Part shown: positions 18,197 to 26,043 of the stretch, one piece after another
Position numbering within the stretch: position 1 is the stretch's first letter
Layout of the letters: each line of letters opens with the position of its first letter
From: an uncultured Anaerolineales bacterium
GTDB lineage: Bacteria; Chloroflexota; Anaerolineae; UBA1429
Direction of reading: 5' to 3'
DNA: 34,588 nucleotides
Assembly: GCA_964624695.1 (NCBI GenBank)
Contig: CAZUZB010000014.1
Location: 1-34,588 of the forward strand
Position numbers and translations under genes: made by a program
The notes under the pieces: generated by a model
Told to the model about the DNA's origin: nothing
The model's database searches: none
The model's input: the letters and a program-made list of their open reading frames with translations, nothing else

Positions 18197-19318
18197 GTGT
18201 CAGCAATCAACAACCGGGAGCGCTTCCTGCGGATGCTAGACTTTTCCCCTGTTGACCGCGGCTTCAACCACGAGTTGCCCTTGTGGGTGCAGACCTACGA
18301 TCGTTGGCACACCGAGGGCATGCCGGACGACGTCCACATCGGTGATCTGATGGCGGGCTGCGCGTTTTTTGGTGTCGATCGGGTGGGTTATCTGCCGCTG
18401 AGAGTGACGGAGATGATGCCTCCTTTCAGGGTCGAGGTGCTAGAAGAAGACGAGCGCTACCGCGTCATGCGGTTCGCCGACGGGCATATCACGCGTGCAC
18501 TCAAGGAGGGAGAGTCGGGGGGCATGCGCATGTCCATGGACCAGTACCTCTCCTTCCCGGTCGTCGATCGCGATAGCTGGCAGGATGTCCGACGCCGCTA
18601 CAACCCGCGCTCTCCGGCCCGCTACCCCGAGTGGTGGGAGGACCTCAAGCGCTGTCTAGCGGGGCGCGACTATCCCCTTTACTTGACCCGTAATGGTTGT
18701 TTTGGTCTTTATTCCTTTCTAAGACGTTTGATGGGGACAGAGCTTGCCTGCACAATCTTCTATGACGATCAGGCTCTTGCCGATGAAATACTCGACTACC
18801 TGACAGACTATCTCATCGAGCTCATCCACCCCGTGCTAGACCAAGTAGAGGTTGACGTCTTCAACTACTTTGAGGATTTTGCCTACAACGCCGGCCCGCT
18901 GATTGGGCCCACCATCTTCCGCCGGTTTCTGTTTGCCAGATACCGCCGGATCAACGATCTCTTACGTGCCCATGGTGTGCGACACATATTGCTGGACAGT
19001 GATGGGAACTCAAGTGTTCTGCTCCCACTGATGATCGAGGCCGGGATCACTTGTCACTGGCCTCTGGAGCGGACTACGATGGACCCTCTCGCCGTGAGAG
19101 CAGAGTACGGGCATGATCTGGCCCTCATAGGAGGAATCGACAAGCGCGCCCTAGCTCGAGGAAGAAAGGCGATCACAGCGGAGCTATACCGAATCATACC
19201 CCCTCTGATCGAGGATGGTGGTTACATCCCCACCCTCGATCACGCCGTCCCTCCGGACGTATCGTACGACAACTGGATGTACTACATGGAGTTGAAGCTC
19301 AGGTTACTAGGTAGCTAG
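18197..19318 (+). CDS. URO-D family protein (paralogue 3, tandem duplicate of the previous gene)
   Basis: GTG start with GGAGGG 7 nt upstream. Motifs NNRERFLRMLDF, YFEDFAYNAG, ILLDSDGNSSVLLP, GGIDKRA and LDHAVPPDVSY are colinear with 17082..18173. Confidence 0.85.
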   Translation: MSAINNRERFLRMLDFSPVDRGFNHELPLWVQTYDRWHTEGMPDDVHIGDLMAGCAFFGVDRVGYLPLRVTEMMPPFRVEVLEEDERYRVMRFADGHITRALKEGESGGMRMSMDQYLSFPVVDRDSWQDVRRRYNPRSPARYPEWWEDLKRCLAGRDYPLYLTRNGCFGLYSFLRRLMGTELACTIFYDDQALADEILDYLTDYLIELIHPVLDQVEVDVFNYFEDFAYNAGPLIGPTIFRRFLFARYRRINDLLRAHGVRHILLDSDGNSSVLLPLMIEAGITCHWPLERTTMDPLAVRAEYGHDLALIGGIDKRALARGRKAITAELYRIIPPLIEDGGYIPTLDHAVPPDVSYDNWMYYMELKLRLLGS

Positions 19319-19748
19319 CACCGAGTCCAGCTCTCCCAGCCAGCTGATGCCATCGTGCTGTGTGGTGGTCGCGTTGAGCCATCAGGGACGAACCCGGCGA
19401 CGCGTCGTGCCTTCACCTCAGGAGCATTGCCGTCCGACGGGAGCATCAGGCATAGATCCTCACCGGGATTAAGGGTGTCGCCCTTTCTAGGCATCCGTTG
19501 TGGGAGGCATAGACAGGGCGCCCATGGGCTCACCGCGGCCATAGGCCGCGAGGCAGTTGCGGCCGACGCGATCGGCCAGGTGGTCACGCCAGGGCCAAGA
19601 GCTATGCCCCGCCTTTGTCTTGCGGCGTATTTGGACGGTCTCCCGTTGCTGCTCAGCCGCCTTGGCTAACATAGCGTCGGGCCATAGGACTTGTGCGCTA
19701 ACGGCTATCTACCGATCCCCTTCGCCAGAAAGACAAGGAGCAGTGCCC

Positions 19749-21047
19749 ATGCGTACCAACGCCCCCTGCTACGACGCTCTACGTGCCTACATCGAGGATG
19801 TCCCCATCATAGATTGTCACGACCACACGGCTGAGTGCGGCCCCAAGTACGAGGATCCCCTTCACGTGCTCACCAATAGCTACTGTGTATGCGACCTACA
19901 CAGCGCTTCGGGCGATGACGACGTTCAGTACATGCAGAACCGGAGCGTGTCCTGGGAGGAGCGATGGCCCGTGTTCGAACGCGTCTGGAAGCGCACCTGC
20001 CACACCGGCTACGCTCGCGTTAGTCGTATGGTGATGGCCCACTTCTACGGTGAGGAGGAGGTGACCCTCGCCGCGGCCCGACGCATCAAGGGCAGGCTGC
20101 TCGATCTGACGGACCGCGGGACTTTCGATGCCATCTTGGAGCAGGCTGGCATCGTCGCTCGCCTCGAGAACGTTTCACCGCCCTTGCTCTGTGTGCTCAA
20201 TGGGACCTTCCAGCTCAGTCCGCGCGGACGACTGGTCGTCTCGCTGCCCGCCCTCCATGCCATCCACTCGCGCCAATCCATCAGCGAGACGCAGCTCGAG
20301 CAAGCCCTAGGCCTGACCATCACGTCCCTGGACGATTACGTCGATGCTTGCCGCCGCGCTTTCGTCGTCCTCAAGGACGCTGGCGTCGTGGCCTTCAAAG
20401 ACTGGAGTGCCTACACGCGTACGCTGGCCTACGGCAACCCGAACCGCGCCGAGGCCGAGGTTGTCTTCAACTGGTTCATTGAGGACCCCCGCCGTTCCGC
20501 CAGCTACCCGGACCAGATCCGCCCCCTGGACGACTATCTCATGCACGCCTTCATGCGGATGGCCCGTGACCTGGACCTCCCGGTCCAGATACACACCGGG
20601 CACATGGCTGGCTTCCGGAACGATATCGCAAAGACCAATGCTGCGCATCTCACGCGTCTGATCGAGCTGCACTCCGACGTCCGATTTGATCTGTTCCATG
20701 CCAACTGGCCTTACGACGGCGACCTGATCTACTTGGCCAAGAACCATCCAAACGTGGCGATCGACTTCTGCTGGGCGCATATCATCGATCCGATCTACTG
20801 TCAACGGATGCTTCAGCAGGTCGTCTCGGCGGTGCCCCACGCCAAGGTGCACGGCTTCGGCGCCGACCATGCTGGCAACGCCGACCGTACCTGGGCACAT
20901 GCCAGCATCGCTCGCGCCAACATCGCCATCGCGCTGTCGCAACTGGTGGATGCCGAGTGGTTTGGTCTGGATGAGGCCAAAGGGATCGCTTGGGCATGGC
21001 TATTCGAGAACCCCAACGCGTTCTTCAATCTGGGCATCGAGGCCTAG
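19749..21047 (+). CDS. Metal-dependent amidohydrolase-fold protein
   Basis: ORF 19557..21047. I prefer the ATG at 19749 (AAGGAG 8 nt upstream), giving MRTNAPCYDAL... Motifs seen: HxH (PIIDCHDHT), QIHTGH, FDLFHANWPY and a late Asp/His region (HGFGADH). Confidence 0.8.
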   Translation: MRTNAPCYDALRAYIEDVPIIDCHDHTAECGPKYEDPLHVLTNSYCVCDLHSASGDDDVQYMQNRSVSWEERWPVFERVWKRTCHTGYARVSRMVMAHFYGEEEVTLAAARRIKGRLLDLTDRGTFDAILEQAGIVARLENVSPPLLCVLNGTFQLSPRGRLVVSLPALHAIHSRQSISETQLEQALGLTITSLDDYVDACRRAFVVLKDAGVVAFKDWSAYTRTLAYGNPNRAEAEVVFNWFIEDPRRSASYPDQIRPLDDYLMHAFMRMARDLDLPVQIHTGHMAGFRNDIAKTNAAHLTRLIELHSDVRFDLFHANWPYDGDLIYLAKNHPNVAIDFCWAHIIDPIYCQRMLQQVVSAVPHAKVHGFGADHAGNADRTWAHASIARANIAIALSQLVDAEWFGLDEAKGIAWAWLFENPNAFFNLGIEA

Positions 21048-21136
21048 TCGGAGACAGAGACCAAGCTGGCTGCGCTGCTGCGGTCAGGTCGGCGATAGCT
21101 CCGGCGCGGGCCACCGTTGTGAGGGGGGAACTGAGT

Positions 21137-22293
21137 CTAGCGCCAGGGCAATCGCTTTCTGACTCCGAGGACTTTGAGGAGGTAATCCGAGTCGCAGCCC
21201 GCCCTGAGGCGCTTGGTCTTGACGCCACGCTTGCTCGTTTTCTACTGTTTAAGCAGATTGAGGGCGATACGTCGCAGCACCGCGAGATTCTCGTCTGCAT
21301 GACTCTGACGCACCCCACAGTCGTCCTCGCGGAAAGCGATGTCCAATACCCAATGCAAGCAGTTCGCAGTGCCCCAATGGCCGCGGATCGCTTGGGCGAG
21401 GGCCTGGGCGTCTCCTGCCAGGCTGGAGATATCGTAGCGCCGCTCCCGGCTGACGTCTTCGCCTACCCGTCGCTCAGTCTCCACCATGGCAACGCTACGA
21501 AGCCCAGGCCATTGGTCGCCCCGACTGAAATAGCGCAGATACTGTTCCTCGCCGATGGTCCAGTAACGACGGATCTCCAGACGCCCGTGACCAATGTCGA
21601 CCGTCTTACGCTGGTCATGGGCCACACCTCGAAAGTCAGTCGATAGGGCCTCTTCAGAGGCCAAGACCACATCCTGGTACAGACTGCCCCGATTCTCCTT
21701 GAGGGCCAGCCCATAGCCCGCCTGCTGATTGCGAATGATCTGCGCGATAGCCATCTGACAGCCGACGGCGTTGATAGTTACGATGCAGCCTTCCAGGTAT
21801 GACAGGCGCAAAAGAGGGGATAGAGCGGAGGTCTCGTTGGCCTTGTCGTCGCCCCTGACCTGTCCAGCACCAGCCCATAGTGGGTGGCCCAGGCGCTAAA
21901 CATATGGATAGCGGCTTTGTCACGCGTCCCGTCATGGTAACGGCGCAGTGCCTTGCAGTCCAACGCCACGACTTGTCCCTCGGTCCACACAGAGACGGCT
22001 GCGATCCACGACCGGAAGCAGGCTTCGATCTGTATCAGGTTGTCGGGGCCAAACACCCGCCCGAAGGTATCGTGGCTAGGAATGCCATGGGGCAGTTCTC
22101 AAAAGCCCTGCAGCCAACGTTCCTTGGCCTCCCCAAGCGTTTGCACATCCTCCCAGCCGTCAGCACCGCAGATCACAGCGCAGATAGCGATGACGATGCC
22201 ATCCAGAAGACGATGCCGTGTGCCCTGTGGCCGCTGCGGGTCTTCGAGATCGCCAAAGTGGTCCGCAATGTCGGCTGGCACCGTATCCGTCAT
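21137..22293 (-). pseudogene. ISAs1-family (H-repeat type) transposase, inactivated
   Basis: Colinear family motifs: DHFGDLEDPQRPQGTRHRLLDGIVIAICAVICGADGWEDV..., ELPHGIPSHDTFGRVF, QVVALDCKALRR, AIHMFSAWAT, IVTINAVGCQMAIAQ, WPGLRSV, RRYDISSL, HWGTANCLHWVLDIAFREDD, ALNLLKQ. The frame is interrupted by an in-frame TGA (22099-22101), a frameshift near 21810-21860 and an in-frame TAG (21242-21244). Confidence 0.85.
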
Positions 22294-22407
22294 GGTGCAC
22301 CTCAACCCCCCAAGACCGAGCCGGTACCGTGATGATGGATTCACCGGTGAGGTACCGCAACCAGATCGCGAGTGCCCTAGTGCAACCGCGATTCCCAGCG
22401 TGTCCAG

Positions 22408-22430
22408 TCAAATGAAAACGTCACCGAGGG
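22408..22430. repeat. IS terminal inverted repeat, left: TCAAATGAAAACGTCACCGAGGG
   Basis: The reverse complement of 23721-23743 is TCAAATGAAAATGTCACCGAGGG, a 22/23 match. A second degenerate copy (CCATTTGAAAACGTCACCGG, 22442-22461) lies 34 bp further in and overlaps the last codons of the transposase. Confidence 0.8.
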
Positions 22431-22439
22431 CATCTCGTT

Positions 22440-23714
22440 CTACCATTTGAAAACGTCACCGGAGAGCAGGGCCTCCTCCTTTCGCAGTGTGGTTGGGTAC
22501 AACGGATGATCGGGTAGTAGCGTAGCGAAAACGTCCTCGCTCCGATGTGCCTGAGCACCCGGTAGCGCAAAGAAGGTGCGGACGTCCTCCTCTAGCTTTT
22601 GGCTGAAGGTCAGTGGATCGGTTTGGTCGTAAAGGCGCTGCAGCTGATCGGCTACCGCTGCGCTCATCGTGCCCGAGGCCAGCAGACGCTGGAAGGGAGT
22701 ACGGGGCCTATCCCAGTGACGTCGCACCCGCTGGGTCTCACGGTCGTAGGTCTTGTGTGTCAGCCGCATGACCGGCTGAAAGAGGTTATGGTAGATGCGC
22801 AGCTTCTCGTAGAAGGCGTTGAGAGCCCGGGCCTGCTCGGCCGAGTCCAGGCGATCGTGACCAATCCAGCCTCGGATCAAAGCCCCGTTGCGATGCTCGA
22901 CGAAACGGTTGTCGTTCTTTTGCCAGGGGCGGCTGCGTGAGAGATGGGCGCCCGCGAAGAGTTCTCCAAAGAACTGCACGAGATGCGCATTGAAGAACTC
23001 ACTGCCATTATCCGGATGAATCTCTAGCACCGAGAAGGGCAAACGCTGGGCACACCGCTGAAACCCGTCCTGCATCACCAGATAGCTGCGTCCCAGCACC
23101 GCAGCCATCTCGCTCCAGCCGCTGGCGACGTCCACCAGATGCAAGGTATGCACATACTCTCCGCCCGCACGGCGGCCGCAGTGGTGTACCAAGTCCACCT
23201 CCAGATGCCCAGGGGTGGCGGCATCCCAGGGGATGCGCCCTGCTGGAACCCCCGCCAATAACCCATTGCGCGTGAGCCCAGGACGGCGCTGGCGCCGCGG
23301 CTCGTCCTGTCGGACCCGTTGCAGGATGCGTCGCACGGTCGAGACACTGATGCGCTCCAGTTGCTCCTGCAGGGCCGGCGTTACACGAAGATGCCCGTGT
23401 TGTGCCAGCTTTTCGGCATAGTCCGCCAGGTTTGGCGCCAGCCGCTCGGCGCAGATACCGTCGTAGGCCCGGTAGACGATGCGCACCGCATCGTCTACCT
23501 CAGGGCCGTAGCTGCGACCTCGCCCTTTCCTGCGGCGCTTCCGCTGGCAACTGCCATTCAGGCGTCGGATGATGGTCTTGCGGTCCAGCCGCGTGGTTGT
23601 CTCGAGCGCGTCCAGAATCCGCCCCTTTCCGGTCCGTGAAGCTTTGCGATAGGCTCCTTGCTGCATTCGCAGCACTTTCAGACGTTCTTCCAGGTCCAAC
23701 TTTTCTGTGGCCAT
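22440..23714 (-). CDS. Intact DDE transposase with rve (integrase-core) domain, 424 aa; IS family not assigned (IS481/ISNCY-like)
   Basis: Uninterrupted ORF. It has an N-terminal basic HTH region and catalytic-core motifs HLEVDLVHH, LEIHPDNGSEFFN and RPWQKNDNRFVEHRNGALIR. It is flanked by inverted repeats. Confidence 0.9.
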   Translation of the reverse strand: MATEKLDLEERLKVLRMQQGAYRKASRTGKGRILDALETTTRLDRKTIIRRLNGSCQRKRRRKGRGRSYGPEVDDAVRIVYRAYDGICAERLAPNLADYAEKLAQHGHLRVTPALQEQLERISVSTVRRILQRVRQDEPRRQRRPGLTRNGLLAGVPAGRIPWDAATPGHLEVDLVHHCGRRAGGEYVHTLHLVDVASGWSEMAAVLGRSYLVMQDGFQRCAQRLPFSVLEIHPDNGSEFFNAHLVQFFGELFAGAHLSRSRPWQKNDNRFVEHRNGALIRGWIGHDRLDSAEQARALNAFYEKLRIYHNLFQPVMRLTHKTYDRETQRVRRHWDRPRTPFQRLLASGTMSAAVADQLQRLYDQTDPLTFSQKLEEDVRTFFALPGAQAHRSEDVFATLLPDHPLYPTTLRKEEALLSGDVFKW

Positions 23715-23720
23715 GCTGTC

Positions 23721-23743
23721 CCCTCGGTGACATTTTCATTTGA
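23721..23743. repeat. IS terminal inverted repeat, right: CCCTCGGTGACATTTTCATTTGA
   Basis: Partner of 22408-22430. Further GGTGACATTTT-like copies lie outside it at 23757-23778 (CCCCGGGTGACATTTTGGATGA) and, more degenerate, at 23787-23800 (CCCAGTTGACATCG). Confidence 0.8.
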
Positions 23744-23791
23744 GAGAACATCGTGCCCCGGGTGACATTTTGGATGAAAGAGCACGCCCAG

Positions 23792-23820
23792 TTGACATCG
23801 CCAGAGATCCAGGTTACACT
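23792..23820 (+). promoter_or_regulatory. Candidate sigma-70-type promoter for the GntR/RLP operon: TTGACA-N17-TACACT
   Basis: TTGACA at 23792-23797, a 17-nt spacer, then TACACT at 23815-23820, about 55 nt before the regulator ATG. The -35 hexamer lies inside the third IS-end-like repeat. Confidence 0.45.
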
Positions 23821-23827
23821 GGTGTTA

Positions 23828-23841
23828 CTTGTACGTACAGG
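23828..23841. promoter_or_regulatory. Candidate GntR/HutC operator: palindrome CTTGTACGTACAGG (perfect core TGTACGTACA)
   Basis: The 10-bp perfect palindrome at 23830-23839 starts ~10 nt after the putative -10, so it overlaps the expected transcription start. Its GT...AC half-site character is typical of GntR-family operators. Confidence 0.35.
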
Positions 23842-23874
23842 TACCTATCTTTCATCCTGAAGAGGCATCTTCCT

Positions 23875-24612
23875 ATGTCCGCAGTTGATCCGAAGAGCCC
23901 CCTCCCCTACTACCAACAGATTGCAGATGCTCTACGCGCCGAGATCGAAGCGGGCGTGTCTAGGGGCAACGGTTTTCGCCTGGCATCCGAACACGAGCTC
24001 TGTGAGCGCTTTGGCGTCACGCGGACCACGGTTAGGAGCGCCTTGGATGTACTGGAGCGCGAGGGGCGGATCTACCGCCAGGTCGGCCGCGGCACCTTTG
24101 CGGCTGCCAGGCGTCTTGAGCAGAACGTCACCGAACTGGTCTCGACGACCGAGGATATGCGCCGGCGCGGGCGGAGCATCACGACGCGCGTGCTCTCGCT
24201 TGAGCGCATACCAGCCACGGGAAAGGTCTGCGGTGCGCTAGCCCTCGGTGCCGCGCAAGTGGTCTACGAGTTGACGCGTTTGCGGGAGGCGGACGGTGAG
24301 CCGATCAGCCTCCAGACCTGCTACCTCCCCGCGCAGCTCTGTCCGGGCTTGGAGGAGCATGATCTCAGCGTGTCGCTGTACCGCTTGCTGGAGAGCGAGT
24401 ACAACTTCTACCTATGGACGGCACGAGAGACGCTCAGCGCACGGCGAGCCACGAGCGCGGAAGCCGGATTGCTTGGGATGCCCGTACGGGACGCGGTGCT
24501 CTACGCCGAGCGCGTGACCTACACCGCCGACGATACGCCGGTAGAGTACCTCGAGGCCGTGTGGCGCGGCGATCGGTATAGCTTCCAGATCAACCTGTCG
24601 CGACCGCAGTAG
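23875..24612 (+). CDS. GntR-family transcriptional regulator, HutC subfamily (winged HTH + UTRA effector domain)
   Basis: ORF 23740..24612. I prefer the ATG at 23875, because the upstream part runs into the IS end. HTH: PLPYYQQIADALRAEIEAG...LASEHELCERFGVTRTTVRSALDVLEREGRIYRQVGRGTFAA. A UTRA-like C-terminal domain follows (...EYLEAVWRGDRYSFQ). Confidence 0.9.
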   Translation: MSAVDPKSPLPYYQQIADALRAEIEAGVSRGNGFRLASEHELCERFGVTRTTVRSALDVLEREGRIYRQVGRGTFAAARRLEQNVTELVSTTEDMRRRGRSITTRVLSLERIPATGKVCGALALGAAQVVYELTRLREADGEPISLQTCYLPAQLCPGLEEHDLSVSLYRLLESEYNFYLWTARETLSARRATSAEAGLLGMPVRDAVLYAERVTYTADDTPVEYLEAVWRGDRYSFQINLSRPQ

Positions 24613-24628
24613 GCAAAGGAGCAAGGCC

Positions 24629-24841
24629 ATGGGTGTCATCGAAGGGTTCGTCGACTATCAGCGCCGCGAGTACTGCAAGGATATCGTCTGCCCGATCCAG
24701 CTGCTGCTAGAAGAGGCGGAAGCCGGATCGCCCGCCTACGATTATATTCGGTCCATCTGTCAGACCGCGTGCATCCATTCGACGTATGAGTTTCACCACT
24801 GGCTGATCGACAAGGGCTACCTGGTGGTAAGGCCGGCCTGA
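24629..24841 (+). CDS. Small conserved-looking Cys4 protein (70 aa), function unknown
   Basis: AAAGGAG lies 7 nt before the ATG, which is 16 nt after the gntR stop. Cys pattern: C-x4-C...C-x3-C (YCKDIVCP ... ICQTACIH), plus His50/56/57. The composition is protein-like, but I do not recognise a family. Confidence 0.55.
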   Translation: MGVIEGFVDYQRREYCKDIVCPIQLLLEEAEAGSPAYDYIRSICQTACIHSTYEFHHWLIDKGYLVVRPA

Positions 24842-24913
24842 CCTGAGACCGCAGCGAGCGCGCCCAGAAGAGCAAGAGCCGCCGCCAACCTGGACGGGGC
24901 AAGGAGCAAGCGG

Positions 24914-25990
24914 ATGCTAACCGCGACGCATCACCTGTTGCTGGCCGAGCAGCGTCAGGCCGTATCCGAGGCCGTGGGCCTGCCGGTACTGCTGACCGCG
25001 TACCCCGGCCTGATCCGCCACGACGCCCTGTTGGAGGCCATCGGCCCCGCGGCCGGGCGAACCTGCGGCGCGGTCTGGGTGGAAGGGGCCGGAGTCTGCG
25101 CCTTTGGGCGATCGGCGGCCGAGCTACAGATGGTTGCGACGACCTATAGGGCGACAGCGGTCCGCGGCGAAGGCGCCGACCAACTGAGACGGCGCCTTGA
25201 TAGAGTCGCTGAGGGAGCGGGGGCAGGTGAGCTCTTTGCCGGCGAGGTGGTCCTGATCACCGGCGCGGCATCGGGCATCGGCAGGGCCTGCGTCGATGCC
25301 TTTCTCGAGCGCGGGGCGGCGGTCGTGGGCCTGGACATCAACCCGGCCATCGTCGATCTCTCTGAAGCACCGGCATACTTGGGTCTGGCATGTGACGCCG
25401 CCGACGAGGCGGCGGTAGTGGACGCGCTAGGCCAGGTAGTGCAGACGTTTGGCGGGCTGGATATGCTGGTGCTGAACGCCGGCGTGTTCCCGGCAGGTTG
25501 TGACATCGCCGCATTGGAGCTGGCCGAGTGGCGTCGTGTCATGCGCATCAACCTGGATGCCGGGCTGATCATGCTGCGCCACGCGCATCCCCTGCTCAAG
25601 CTCGCGCCCCGGGGCGGTCGGGTGGCGGTGAACGGCTCGCGCAACGTCCTGGCGCCGGGGCCGGGGGCGGCGGCCTACTCCTGCTCCAAGGCGGCCCTGA
25701 CGCAACTGGCGCGTGTCGCGGCCCTGGAGTGGGGGACGGACGGCATTCGCGTGAACGTCTTTCACGCGCACGGCGTCTTTGACACGGGCATCTGGACCGA
25801 CGAGGTGCTGGCGGCTCGCGCGCGTCACTATGGGAAGACGGTGGAGGAGTACAAGCGTAACAACCTTCTCAAGACGGAAGTGACCAGTCGCGACGTGGCC
25901 GAGCTGGCCGCGGCGATGTGCGGGCCGCTGTTCGCCAAGACGACCGGCGCCCAGGTCCCCATCGACGGCGGCAGCGACCGCGTGGTGTAG
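24914..25990 (+). CDS. Short-chain dehydrogenase/reductase with ~105-aa N-terminal extension resembling the tail of a class II aldolase/adducin domain (truncated YuxG/RhaD-dehydrogenase type)
   Basis: AAGGAG lies 7 nt upstream. The SDR motifs are present: VVLITGAASGIGRA, LVLNAG, YSCSKAAL. The N-terminal segment ...GAVWVEGAGVCAFGRSAAELQMVATTY resembles the ...HG..TWG...E.. end of class II aldolase domains. The Zn-binding part of that domain is absent. Confidence 0.85.
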   Translation: MLTATHHLLLAEQRQAVSEAVGLPVLLTAYPGLIRHDALLEAIGPAAGRTCGAVWVEGAGVCAFGRSAAELQMVATTYRATAVRGEGADQLRRRLDRVAEGAGAGELFAGEVVLITGAASGIGRACVDAFLERGAAVVGLDINPAIVDLSEAPAYLGLACDAADEAAVVDALGQVVQTFGGLDMLVLNAGVFPAGCDIAALELAEWRRVMRINLDAGLIMLRHAHPLLKLAPRGGRVAVNGSRNVLAPGPGAAAYSCSKAALTQLARVAALEWGTDGIRVNVFHAHGVFDTGIWTDEVLAARARHYGKTVEEYKRNNLLKTEVTSRDVAELAAAMCGPLFAKTTGAQVPIDGGSDRVV

Positions 25991-26043
25991 CAGAGGGCCA
26001 GGGCGGGCGCGCACCGCCTGCCAACTGGCGTAGGAGGATCATC

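Larger units (their letters stand above)
22408..23743 (-). mobile_element. Apparently intact insertion sequence (1,336 bp between the best inverted-repeat pair; the right end could extend to ~23779)
   Basis: The terminal repeats match 22/23 (next two features) and enclose the transposase ORF. IR-R ends 7 nt upstream of the ATG. The arms may extend outward to 22401/23750 with mismatches (TGTCCAG vs TGTTCTC). No clear target-site duplication was seen. Confidence 0.7.

Noticed and set aside
20990-21646. 218-aa ORF on the plus strand
   Set aside because: It is antisense to the ISAs1 transposase remnant and overlaps the amidohydrolase 3' end. It has no motifs and no SD.
22099-22101. In-frame TGA in the ISAs1 transposase as selenocysteine or programmed readthrough
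   Set aside because: The same gene also has a frameshift and a second in-frame TAG, and the TGA replaces an ordinary Leu position in the family motif (F-L-E-L-P-H-G-I-P). This is simple decay.
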